The position numbers were made by a program, and so were the translations under genes. A stretch of DNA of 64,000 nucleotides. Origin: a virus. Where the stretch lies: positions 24,310 to 88,309 of IMG/VR virus record IMGVR_UViG_3300009177_000031, one strand, 5' to 3'. The stretch's first letter is position 1, and every line of letters starts with the position of its first letter. Below the pieces are notes generated by a model, which saw nothing but the letters and a program-made list of their open reading frames with translations, was not told the DNA's origin and did not search any database. Shown in pieces: positions 49,332 through 57,689 of this stretch.

Positions 49332-49771
49332 AGATCCTCCACATCGAAGACGACGCGTTCCTACAGCGCGCTGTGAAGCGCACGCTCGAACGTGCGTTTG
49401 GCGAGCACACGGTGGTGGAGAGCGTGGCTGACGCACCGACGGCGATTCGCTACCTACAGGCAGCGCTCGCGACGTTCGGCTGCTTCCACTACGACCACAT
49501 CATCAGCGACTACAACCTCACCGAAGGCACCGGTGGTGACGTGCTCGCGTGGATCAAGAACACCACCGACGCGATGCTCAACGACTGGCAAACGGCGTTC
49601 GACGGCAAGTCCTCGCGTCAGGTGTTGCTCGAACGCTTCACGTTCCTCACGGCGAATCGCGATGCGCTCGCGCTGCACGATCGGTTCATCGAGAAGCCAA
49701 TCCGGCCTAGCACGCTGGCGAGGCTTCTGAGCACGAAGGGACCGCTGCGCATCACGAACGAGATCGGCTGA
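49328..49771 (+). CDS. Single-domain response regulator (receiver, CheY-like)
   Basis: ILHIEDD, IISDYNL (phospho-Asp), FLTA and EKP all intact; GTGA overlap with the GHKL gene. Confidence 0.85.
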   Translation: MKILHIEDDAFLQRAVKRTLERAFGEHTVVESVADAPTAIRYLQAALATFGCFHYDHIISDYNLTEGTGGDVLAWIKNTTDAMLNDWQTAFDGKSSRQVLLERFTFLTANRDALALHDRFIEKPIRPSTLARLLSTKGPLRITNEIG

Positions 49772-49828
49772 ACGAAACGCAGCTAGAGCGTCGCTAGGAA
49801 GCCTAGCGGCACTCAGGGTACGTTTCGT
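49772..49828 (+). promoter_or_regulatory. Conserved long RNA hairpin, copy 2
   Basis: 27-position stem with the same AGCUA/AGGGU internal mismatch motif; different but still paired upper stem. Confidence 0.7.
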
Positions 49829-49862
49829 ACCGAACCACAACCAAGGCATAGGGAGAACGCAA

Positions 49863-50126
49863 ATGAAGACCATCATCGCTCTGTTCATCACGATCGCGGC
49901 GTGCGGCGACAACACCAAGACGCAGTCGCTCGACGAGGCGCGCGCGACCATCAAGGCCGAGTGCGGCGACGCGCCGGTCGCGCCCGGCTACTCGGTGTCC
50001 TCCGAGACCATCAACGGCTTCGACCGCGTCTGCACGACGGTCGACGGCTGGAACCAGCTGGCGACCTGGTACAACGACGTCGAGACCTACACGGCGTGCG
50101 TGCAGGGCTTCGCCATCAACCACTAA
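49863..50126 (+). CDS. Small lipoprotein
   Basis: MK + hydrophobic stretch + lipobox IAA-C-GDN; three further Cys. Confidence 0.75.
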   Translation: MKTIIALFITIAACGDNTKTQSLDEARATIKAECGDAPVAPGYSVSSETINGFDRVCTTVDGWNQLATWYNDVETYTACVQGFAINH

Positions 50127-50156
50127 ACGATCGCAACGGAGAAGAAGGAGAAGGTC

Positions 50157-50660
50157 ATGAGCAATCACAATCAGCCCCACGAAACCATCACCGAGAACGT
50201 GCAGACCGTCGTCGACGGCGAGCGCAAGGTGCAGCCTGTTCTCGCGTTCCTCTGCGTTTACGAAATCAGCCGGCACTACGGCGGCGCTGAGGAAGGCGGT
50301 TGGTGGTACGACAGCTACACGTTCACCGGCGCTGCGTTCCCTTTCCAGGCGATGCAGGAGTTCGAGGCGCAGGTGCTCGAAGGCGACGACACTTCGAGCG
50401 GCACCGACGATCATCGTCAGATCTGGTACGACGAGGACACGAAGGAGTACAAGGCGTGGGTGCCGGTCGGTTTGCCGATCGTCACCGACGAGCCGACGCG
50501 CGTGCGTTTGGAGAGCGCGCGTGCGCACTTCATCGCGATGTTCGGCGAGCCTGACTCGCGCTACCGCTTCAGCGTCCGACCGCGCGGCGAAGACTTCGCG
50601 TATATCTACGAGCTTCGTCCTGGCGAGCGCGGTGAGCAACCGCGTCCGAGGTATTGCTGA
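50157..50660 (+). CDS. Phage hypothetical protein (YGGxEEGGWWYD motif)
   Basis: AAGGAG RBS; distinctive motif and RPRYC end. Confidence 0.7.
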   Translation: MSNHNQPHETITENVQTVVDGERKVQPVLAFLCVYEISRHYGGAEEGGWWYDSYTFTGAAFPFQAMQEFEAQVLEGDDTSSGTDDHRQIWYDEDTKEYKAWVPVGLPIVTDEPTRVRLESARAHFIAMFGEPDSRYRFSVRPRGEDFAYIYELRPGERGEQPRPRYC

Positions 50661-50661
50661 G

Positions 50662-51675
50662 ATGAGCGAGCTACCGCGAAGCGGCGTTCACGATCTCACC
50701 TGCAAATGGGTTTGCAAGAACCCACAACCTAGCTGCGAGCATTCGTGCTCGTTTTGCAATCAAGGAGTCGGTCACATGCGGTTCGAGAACATTCTGGAGT
50801 GGTACAGCGGCAAGGCGCGCGACACGATCGCGCAGTTCGTCATCCCGGCGCTCGTCGAGTGCGAGGAGTTGGGGTGCTGGAAGAAGGGCGTGTCGCGCTC
50901 GGTGAAGGGCGCGCTGAACAAACAGAACGTCGCGAAGAAGTGGGTCGACACCAAGGCGTGGAAGCCGCACGGTTCGCCTGACCTGGTGCCGACGCACGGC
51001 AACTTGCTGGAGAAGATCGAGGTGCCGTCGAAGAAGCCGCGCGAGACCGGCACGAGCGGTTGGTACCTGGCGCACGCGATGCGCTTCGGTAGCTTCGAGC
51101 TGGCGAAGTCGAACATCGCGCTCGCTGAGAAGCTCGAACACGTCGCCGAGGTGGCGCCGCGCGAGACCTACGAAGCGTGGGGCGTGGCGCTGCGGTGGGC
51201 GAAAGCGTTCGCGCCTATCGCCGAGCTGGTGAGGCTTCTCGACGCTAGTAGGCCGAAGCAAACCGTCGTGATGAAGACGCTGTCACCGACGGTGATGGAG
51301 AACCTCAGCAAGCACGTCGGCATCGACATGCGCTCGATCCAATCGCCACCGATGAAGGGTGAGTGGCGCGAAGAGACGATCGTCGTCGGTGGCAAGTCGA
51401 AGCAGGTGCGCGTTTGGCGCGTGCGCATCGAGTGGCCGGAAGGCACGCTGCACAATCGGTCGAAGTTCTTCCACAGCGGTGAGAACTGGCAGTGCCAAGC
51501 GTGCGGTCACGCGATTCGCAATCCGTTCAATTGGGTGCCGATCCTCGCGTACGGCGACAACACGCTCGGCACGAAATCGACTCCCTACTCGCTCATCGTC
51601 GGACGTGACTGCGCTGAGAAGCTGTTCGGCTGCGAAGTCGACGGCGACATGCTCATCGAGAACCGCGATCACTAA
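50662..51675 (+). CDS. Hypothetical protein with Cys clusters
   Basis: CQACGHAI...VGRDCA zinc-binding pattern; alternative start 50776. Confidence 0.65.
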   Translation: MSELPRSGVHDLTCKWVCKNPQPSCEHSCSFCNQGVGHMRFENILEWYSGKARDTIAQFVIPALVECEELGCWKKGVSRSVKGALNKQNVAKKWVDTKAWKPHGSPDLVPTHGNLLEKIEVPSKKPRETGTSGWYLAHAMRFGSFELAKSNIALAEKLEHVAEVAPRETYEAWGVALRWAKAFAPIAELVRLLDASRPKQTVVMKTLSPTVMENLSKHVGIDMRSIQSPPMKGEWREETIVVGGKSKQVRVWRVRIEWPEGTLHNRSKFFHSGENWQCQACGHAIRNPFNWVPILAYGDNTLGTKSTPYSLIVGRDCAEKLFGCEVDGDMLIENRDH

Positions 51676-51728
51676 ACTAGCTTTGCAAACAGCGACCAAA
51701 ACCTCATACGGAGAAGCAGGAGAAGACC

Positions 51729-52622
51729 ATGGAGATCATCACGAACGAGACCACCACCACGAACAGCAACCCGACCGCTGGCGGACCGCCTGGCACGCCG
51801 AAGGTGAACAAGAAGGTCCAGAAGCAGCTCGCCGAGCTGATCGCAAACACGCCGAGCCTCACCGCCGAGCCGGCGCCGAAGGTGTCGACGAAGAAGGCCA
51901 TGAAGTGGGCGCTGAAGAAGTTCGGTGCCGAGGGTGTCTACGCTGACGGCGAGCGCAGCGAGAAGCAGGCGAAGCGGTGGGCGGTGGAGCAGTACGTCGA
52001 GTACAAGGCGAGCAAGAAGGCGAAGCCGTCGAGCGATGGCGTCATCGACATGATCGCGAAGACGAACAAGGATGCGATCAAGGCGAACGACGCGATGGAG
52101 GCGCTCGCGAGCGGTGCGGTGAAGCGTAAGGCAGCGAAGGCGAAGAAGGACGAAGCCAAGGCGAAAGCCGAAGCGCAAACGCGCGACACCGAGATCAGCA
52201 CGGCGTTCACCGCGCTGAAGCTGTCGCTCGACGAACAGCTGAAGAACGCGACGCTCAACTTCATCAACGGTCCGGTGAAGGACGTGATGGACTCGTTCGT
52301 CAAGCTGTTCACGTCGCGCAGCTCGGACGGCGAGAGCGACGAGGCAGTGCTGGCGCTCGACGCGTGCAAGAAAGCGTTCGACGCGTGCGGTCTGATCCTC
52401 GCTGACGTCGAGACCAAGTCGAAGAAGAAGGCGAAGGTGAGCACCGAGAAGGCGCCACCTGAGACGGCGAAGGACGCGAAGCGCGAGCTGCGTCACGAGC
52501 TGCGCGAGTTCGTGAATAGCAAGACGAAGAAGCGCAAGCCGCTCACCGAGAAGCAGCGCGAGGCGAAGAACAAGAAGGACCGCGAGCGTCGCGCGGCGAA
52601 GTCGAAGAAGGGGGCGAAGTAA
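51729..52622 (+). CDS. Lys/Ala-rich coiled-coil protein
   Basis: AGGAG RBS, 297 aa, very basic C-terminus. Confidence 0.75.
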   Translation: MEIITNETTTTNSNPTAGGPPGTPKVNKKVQKQLAELIANTPSLTAEPAPKVSTKKAMKWALKKFGAEGVYADGERSEKQAKRWAVEQYVEYKASKKAKPSSDGVIDMIAKTNKDAIKANDAMEALASGAVKRKAAKAKKDEAKAKAEAQTRDTEISTAFTALKLSLDEQLKNATLNFINGPVKDVMDSFVKLFTSRSSDGESDEAVLALDACKKAFDACGLILADVETKSKKKAKVSTEKAPPETAKDAKRELRHELREFVNSKTKKRKPLTEKQREAKNKKDRERRAAKSKKGAK

Positions 52623-52624
52623 TC

Positions 52625-52864
52625 ATGACGACGACGTTCATCATCGTGTACGAGGATCGCGAGTACGGAGAGATTCACGCTGAGCGTTTGTTGTCCAAAG
52701 CTGATGTTCTGAACCGCATCTCTGGACTCGTCGACGAAGACGGTGTCGATGTCGACGACCTTGAGCTGTACGAAGCCGTGAAGGTTGCGTTCGTGGTCGA
52801 AACCGTCGCGACGGAGATCAAGACGCAGCCGAAGGTCAAACCGAAGAAGAAGGCGAAGAAGTAG
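52625..52864 (+). CDS. Hypothetical protein
   Basis: 79 aa ORF in tight array. Confidence 0.6.
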   Translation: MTTTFIIVYEDREYGEIHAERLLSKADVLNRISGLVDEDGVDVDDLELYEAVKVAFVVETVATEIKTQPKVKPKKKAKK

Positions 52865-52893
52865 CTCTCACAATCAAGGCGAAGGAGTAGAAG

Positions 52894-53388
52894 ATGGTGG
52901 AAGCGAAAGCGCCGCGGACCACGCACGAGCTGGTGTGCGTCGGTCTGCGGCTAACAGACAAGAAGAAGCTCGTCCCGGTCTTCAACGAGATCGTGGACGG
53001 TAGGCGCGGCAAGGTAGAGCTGTCGTGGGACGCGCTGAAGGCGCACACCGGCAACGTCTACCAAATCGAAGCAGAGACGTGGGAGGAAGGTGGCTCCCAC
53101 GTCATCTTCGTTCCGAAGGGCGGTCGTTTGCCGTGGCTGCGGTTGTGGCCCAACGCGGAGGACCGCGCGCTGTGGGAAGCCGCAGCTGACACCACGAAGG
53201 CAAACCAGGCGCGCGAGAAGCTCCAACAGAACGCAGAGAAACAGCGCGAGCTGGTGAAGCTCACCGAACCGCTCGCGGTGATCTTCCGCGGTCTCGCGTG
53301 GGGCAATCGCACGGCGTTCCTGATCCACGTCCAAGAGCTGATCCTCAGACACCCAACGGCACAAAAGAAAGGCGCAGACGATGAGTAA
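52894..53388 (+). CDS. Hypothetical protein
   Basis: AAGGAG RBS. Confidence 0.7.
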   Translation: MVEAKAPRTTHELVCVGLRLTDKKKLVPVFNEIVDGRRGKVELSWDALKAHTGNVYQIEAETWEEGGSHVIFVPKGGRLPWLRLWPNAEDRALWEAAADTTKANQAREKLQQNAEKQRELVKLTEPLAVIFRGLAWGNRTAFLIHVQELILRHPTAQKKGADDE

Positions 53389-53878
53389 TCACAAGATCAA
53401 GTTCACGCTGTTTCGTGAGCGTCCGGCGACGCAGGCCGATCTCGACGCTGAAGCGGCATACGTTGCAGAACACGGAAGGCCGAACTACGGCGAAGACCTG
53501 AAGCTCGGCGAGCCGATGGACTTCGAGGACGAGATCGAACTCCCGGCCCGCTGGGAGATCTGCGACCGCTGCGACGGCGAGGGGCAGCACGTCAACCCCA
53601 ACGTCGACGGTCACGGCATCAGCGCGGAGGAGTGGGAACAGGATTGGGACGAGGAGTCGCGCGAGGGTTACTTCCGCGGCGACTACGACGTCCCCTGCGA
53701 GGCGCGCTGCAACGGCGGCAAGATGCTCGTCGTCGATGAGAAAGCGTGCAAGAACGAGCCGCTGAAGTCGCTCTACGAAGCGTACGAGAAGCAGGAAGCT
53801 GAGCGTGCGCAATCGGAAGCCGAGGACCGCCGCACGCTCTATTGGGAGAGCGGTGGGCGTGAAGGGAGTCGGTACTAA
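53381..53878 (+). CDS. Phage protein with DnaJ-like CxxCxGxG zinc motifs
   Basis: CDRCDGEG...YF.G.YDV.C...CNG. Confidence 0.7.
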   Translation: MSNHKIKFTLFRERPATQADLDAEAAYVAEHGRPNYGEDLKLGEPMDFEDEIELPARWEICDRCDGEGQHVNPNVDGHGISAEEWEQDWDEESREGYFRGDYDVPCEARCNGGKMLVVDEKACKNEPLKSLYEAYEKQEAERAQSEAEDRRTLYWESGGREGSRY

Positions 53879-54324
53879 TGAAGGGGAAGAAGGAAGCAAT
53901 CATGTTGCAACAGCGTGCGCACGCGCTGGTGTGGCCTAAGTCGGACGATGCAGCGTCGCAGTTCGCGCAGTTCAAACGCGACTTGCGAGACATCGTGCTC
54001 GCAAACCTCAACCTGCACGGTAGCAATCGCGACGCAGCCGAATCGTGGGACTACGACGAGGACGGTGAAGAGTTCTTCTTCACGATCTCGGAGTCGCTGG
54101 CGATCGAAACGAAGCCAGGTTTGACGCGTCGCTGCGGAGTCACGACGATGTTCGTGCTTCCCAAGGCGTGGTTGAACGATATCCCCCTCAGCATCGAGAT
54201 GCTCAACGACGACATAGTGACGTGGCGCAAGTCGCTGCACCACGTTCGCAAGCTGCAATTGCAGCATGTGCTGGCCACCGAAGGTCAGGATGCGTTCATC
54301 GCAGCGACGGAAAGGACCCTGTAG
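53878..54324 (+). CDS. Hypothetical protein
   Basis: TAATG coupling. Confidence 0.6.
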   Translation: MKGKKEAIMLQQRAHALVWPKSDDAASQFAQFKRDLRDIVLANLNLHGSNRDAAESWDYDEDGEEFFFTISESLAIETKPGLTRRCGVTTMFVLPKAWLNDIPLSIEMLNDDIVTWRKSLHHVRKLQLQHVLATEGQDAFIAATERTL

Positions 54325-54327
54325 CCC

Positions 54328-54630
54328 ATGACGAAGAAGGACTACGAGCTGATCGCGAAGGTGATCAAGCAGTCGCACGACAACATCTCGACGCTCGCAA
54401 ACGGTATGCTTCCGAAGACGAAAGTTGAGGCGCAGCTCGCTGGCGTTGCGTTCGTGGCGCTCGCCATGGCAGCACATCTCGCCTGCGACAACCCTCGCTT
54501 CGAGGCGAAGCGGTTCTTCACCGCGTGTGGCTTCGTCGAGCAGCCTGACGGCACCCTGCGCTCGCTTGAAGAGGTGAGCAAGGAAGCGGCTGCAAACGCG
54601 CGTGCAGCTCGCAAAGGAGGGAAGCTGTGA
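54328..54630 (+). CDS. Phage hypothetical protein (MTKKDY...DNPRF...F..AC)
   Basis: Small-phage-protein motif recalled from memory; AAGGA RBS. Confidence 0.7.
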   Translation: MTKKDYELIAKVIKQSHDNISTLANGMLPKTKVEAQLAGVAFVALAMAAHLACDNPRFEAKRFFTACGFVEQPDGTLRSLEEVSKEAAANARAARKGGKL

Positions 54631-54953
54631 TTGCAATCCCTCGCAAGCTGCGCCGCATCGCAAAGTTGCTCGCCGAGCGCGTAGGTCCGTCCTACAACGC
54701 GCCTGGCTTCACCAAACAGGACGTGATGAACGACCGAGCGAAGATCCGAGACGCGTACCTGCAAGGCTACAGCGATGCAGCTGAAGCGTTCCTCGCGAAT
54801 CTCGAAGAGGTGTACGTACGGTCGGACCTGCGCAGGCCGGAAATGCGGCGTTCCGAGATGCTTCGCCTGATGGCGAAGAAGCCGGTGATCGCTGACCACG
54901 ACTGCGAGAACGGTGGCGGTGAGTGCAATCACCCGGACTGTCAGGAGGTCTAG
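54627..54953 (+). CDS. Hypothetical protein
   Basis: GGAGG RBS, GTGA overlap. Confidence 0.6.
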   Translation: MIAIPRKLRRIAKLLAERVGPSYNAPGFTKQDVMNDRAKIRDAYLQGYSDAAEAFLANLEEVYVRSDLRRPEMRRSEMLRLMAKKPVIADHDCENGGGECNHPDCQEV

Positions 54954-54954
54954 G

Positions 54955-55278
54955 GTGGGGGCGCAGGAAGACTACGAAGCGAAGCTGGTCAGGACCACGG
55001 TGAAGCCTTTGCTGAGGCTTGCCTTTGAAGTCGAGCACGCGACGCACGAAGGTACGCTCGCGAGCGTCGCGGTCACCGTCGGCAACGCTGGTGATCGCGT
55101 GCCGTGGAATCCCAATTGGGCCTACACGGTGTTCAAGGTGTGCATCGACATGCCTGACGAGAAGGCTGGTACCGTCGAAGGCTTCTGGCACGAAGAGGAC
55201 TTCATGAAGAAGCCTGACGACGCTACCGTGCGCGTCGTCGAGGCGTTTGCAAAGCTCGTGTTGGAAATGGAGGCGTAG
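54955..55278 (+). CDS. Hypothetical protein
   Basis: AGGAGG RBS before GTG. Confidence 0.6.
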   Translation: MGAQEDYEAKLVRTTVKPLLRLAFEVEHATHEGTLASVAVTVGNAGDRVPWNPNWAYTVFKVCIDMPDEKAGTVEGFWHEEDFMKKPDDATVRVVEAFAKLVLEMEA

Positions 55279-55701
55279 ATGGGAGCGCACTACGTCAACG
55301 TCGCGCCGCGCTACACGTGCGGTTCACCAGCAGCCGTCGACATCGACATCGCTGAGCGTCTCGCGAAGGACGAGCGCGAATCGTACGAGTTCATCATCGA
55401 AGGGCGCGAAGGGCAGGAGCGTGCAGCCAAAGCGAAAGCCGAAGGGCTGAAGCTCATCGTGTTCGAGATGGTGGAGCACTCGAAGCAGTGGCTCGTCTTC
55501 GATTGGCTCACGAACGAGCTGCACGTTTGGCCGTTCCACGAGAAGTGTCCGAAGTGCAAAAAGCGCTTCTCGTGCACGCGCGGCTGGATCAACGAGCACG
55601 GATGTCCGTTCAGGTTCGAGGGGTACGTAGGTCACCTCATGAACGAGAACGAGCGCATCAAGTACGCACGACGTTTCTTCAAGCAGCCGGACGGAACGTG
55701 A
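55279..55701 (+). CDS. Hypothetical protein with CxxC
   Basis: GGAGG RBS; CPKC. Confidence 0.65.
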   Translation: MGAHYVNVAPRYTCGSPAAVDIDIAERLAKDERESYEFIIEGREGQERAAKAKAEGLKLIVFEMVEHSKQWLVFDWLTNELHVWPFHEKCPKCKKRFSCTRGWINEHGCPFRFEGYVGHLMNENERIKYARRFFKQPDGT

Positions 55702-55853
55702 CCGAGACGATGGCGATCGACATCGATTGCACCAAATGCGGTGCGCTCGCTGGCGTTCGTTGTCCAGGAAATCGCTTCTGCCAAACGCGGTGCACTGAAG
55801 CGCAGCGTTTGACGCGTGAAGCAAACAAACAACTCAGGGAGAGACAGCCATGA
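55698..55853 (+). CDS. Small zinc-finger protein
   Basis: CTKCGA.AG.RC....C..R. Confidence 0.55.
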   Translation: MTETMAIDIDCTKCGALAGVRCPGNRFCQTRCTEAQRLTREANKQLRERQP

Positions 55854-56194
55854 ACCAGTTCCAAGGCGTGAAGGTATTCTCAGCAACCAAGGCGCGCGAC
55901 CGCGAGATGCTCGGTGAAGTGATCACCGACTGGCTTCGCACGAACAGCGACAAGGATGTGGTCGACAAGATCATCACCCAATCGTCGGACAGCGAGTTCC
56001 ACTGCCTGACGATCACGCTGTTCTACACGTTCGCGACGCAACCGCGTAAACCGATGTGCGAAGTCGATTGGTGCGAGGAGCGTCGAGGGCACGACGGACC
56101 GCACACCGGTGAGACGCCGAAGGCACCGCCGAAGCGCCTCAAGTTCAACGACCCGCCAGACCGCTCGCACCGCACCTACGGTCGCGAGGAGTAG
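55850..56194 (+). CDS. Small protein resembling a conserved myxobacterial hypothetical, with Cys/His extension
   Basis: F.GVKVFSATKA..RE.LGE.IT.WL......VD....QSSD.EFHCL.I.LFY. Confidence 0.7.
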   Translation: MNQFQGVKVFSATKARDREMLGEVITDWLRTNSDKDVVDKIITQSSDSEFHCLTITLFYTFATQPRKPMCEVDWCEERRGHDGPHTGETPKAPPKRLKFNDPPDRSHRTYGREE

Positions 56195-56197
56195 ACG

Positions 56198-56428
56198 ATG
56201 AGCCGTTGGATTCACCCAACGCTTGTTTGCCCAAAGCACGGCAAGCCGTTCCTGGTGACGAGGAGCGGCGTCGTGTTCTGCGGCGAAGGGCTCGACGAAA
56301 ATCACAACCCAACATGCGAGGTGCCGTCCGAAGTGACGGTCCCAAAAGCAGTGGCGCGTGCGATGCACCGACTTCGGAAGCGCACGCGCCGCATGCTTCG
56401 CAAGAAAGCGAGGGCACGCGGTGACTAA
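56198..56428 (+). CDS. Small Cys-containing basic protein
   Basis: GAGGAG RBS; CPKH..C..C. Confidence 0.6.
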   Translation: MSRWIHPTLVCPKHGKPFLVTRSGVVFCGEGLDENHNPTCEVPSEVTVPKAVARAMHRLRKRTRRMLRKKARARGD

Positions 56429-56783
56429 ACGCATGCCCACGCTGTGGGTGTTCATCGAGCAGTACCTGGCGCGCGGTAGCAAATGGCCCAACAACTCGTG
56501 GGTCACCTGCCACGGCTTCGCGCACCTGTACGTTCGCATCACGTCACGCGTCATCGGTGACGAAAAACTTGCCCCGGTCCTAGACCTGGCGAACATGGAG
56601 GCGAGGGAGCCTGGCAAGGGCGCCTTCGGCAATATGTTCCGACGACTCAGGGCCGAGCATCCGCATCTTCACATCTACGTCGAACAAACGCACGAGCGGT
56701 TCGGCGCGCATCTATTCAGGCTCGGCTTCCTCAAGCTGGATCCGTACGTCTACGGCGACAGCTACATCTACAAGGCAGGGTGA
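56421..56783 (+). CDS. GNAT-like acetyltransferase
   Basis: LDLAN.E...PGKG.F...L.....IYVE.....F...L.RLGF matches GNAT motifs A/B. Confidence 0.55.
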   Translation: MTKRMPTLWVFIEQYLARGSKWPNNSWVTCHGFAHLYVRITSRVIGDEKLAPVLDLANMEAREPGKGAFGNMFRRLRAEHPHLHIYVEQTHERFGAHLFRLGFLKLDPYVYGDSYIYKAG

Positions 56784-56784
56784 C

Positions 56785-57180
56785 ATGAAACGTCTCGGAG
56801 CAATGCAGGTCAAAGCGCGCGACAAGCACGCGGTGGAGCTTCGCAACACCACCAACGAGCTGAACGCGGCAATCACGAAGTACAACGAAGCCGTCGAGGC
56901 TGCGAAGGGAGAACTCGAAGCGGCGATCACGAAGCACAACGAGAAGCTCAACGAGGTTCGCGAGTGGTGCAGCGAGATCGTGAGCGACATGGAGAGCTAC
57001 GTTGGCGAGCGCTCGGACAAGTGGAGCGAGAGCGACGCGGCGAGCGAGTACGAGGACTGGAAACAGTCGTTCGAGAACCTCGAAGTCGAGGACGTCGAGA
57101 TCGAGTTTCCTGATGAACTCGAACAGGTGAGCGAGGACGCCGCGGACGCGGTGGACAATCTCCCGGAGTCGCCTGGCTAG
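56785..57180 (+). CDS. Acidic coiled-coil protein
   Basis: Internal repeat EL.AAITK.NE x2; ERSDKW.ES motif. Confidence 0.7.
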   Translation: MKRLGAMQVKARDKHAVELRNTTNELNAAITKYNEAVEAAKGELEAAITKHNEKLNEVREWCSEIVSDMESYVGERSDKWSESDAASEYEDWKQSFENLEVEDVEIEFPDELEQVSEDAADAVDNLPESPG

Positions 57181-57198
57181 ATCGTGGTATAGGGCGGC

Positions 57199-57663
57199 AT
57201 GAACCAGATCATCGCGTTCCTGCATTTGCTGTTTGCAGCGCACCAGCTTCCTGACACCAAGGCGGTTGACGTGCTGCGCTTCGTGATCGCAGCTGCACAA
57301 GAAGAGACGCCAGACGTACCGGCGTCTCTTCTTGTCGCGCTCGGCTGGCCGGAGTCTCGGTTCCAGCTGGACGCACAGCCAGCGTGCGGCGTGATGCAGG
57401 TTTACCCCCACGACATCAACCGGCCGGACAGCGATTGCGCTGTCTGGCGTGAAGACGTACGCGCTGGCGTTCACGCTGGCGTGGTCGAGATCGAGATGCT
57501 TCTCGCTGACCGTCGCGTGAACCGGAACATGCATCGTGCGCTGATGTACCGAGCGTGCGGCAACAAGTTCTTCGATGGGACATGCGACGCAGCGAAAGCG
57601 GTGTGGGTCGACAACGCCATCGCTCGTTGGCGGTGGTTGGAGTCGACAGGGATCGGCACGTAG
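57199..57663 (+). CDS. Lytic transglycosylase (SLT-like)
   Basis: LLVAL...ES.F, CGVMQV, AL.Y; hydrophobic N-terminus. Confidence 0.7.
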   Translation: MNQIIAFLHLLFAAHQLPDTKAVDVLRFVIAAAQEETPDVPASLLVALGWPESRFQLDAQPACGVMQVYPHDINRPDSDCAVWREDVRAGVHAGVVEIEMLLADRRVNRNMHRALMYRACGNKFFDGTCDAAKAVWVDNAIARWRWLESTGIGT

Positions 57664-57689
57664 CTCGACGGTGTCAAGACGTTCTGAGA

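Noticed and set aside
47967-49771. Classical histidine kinase/response regulator pair
   Set aside because: The GHKL domain is N-terminal with Hsp90/MORC-type boxes and no sensor or HisKA domain
47881-49828. Hairpins as hammerhead ribozymes, CRISPR repeats or intrinsic terminators
   Set aside because: GAAAC is present but there is no CUGANGA core with three stems; only two copies 1.9 kb apart; no U-tract
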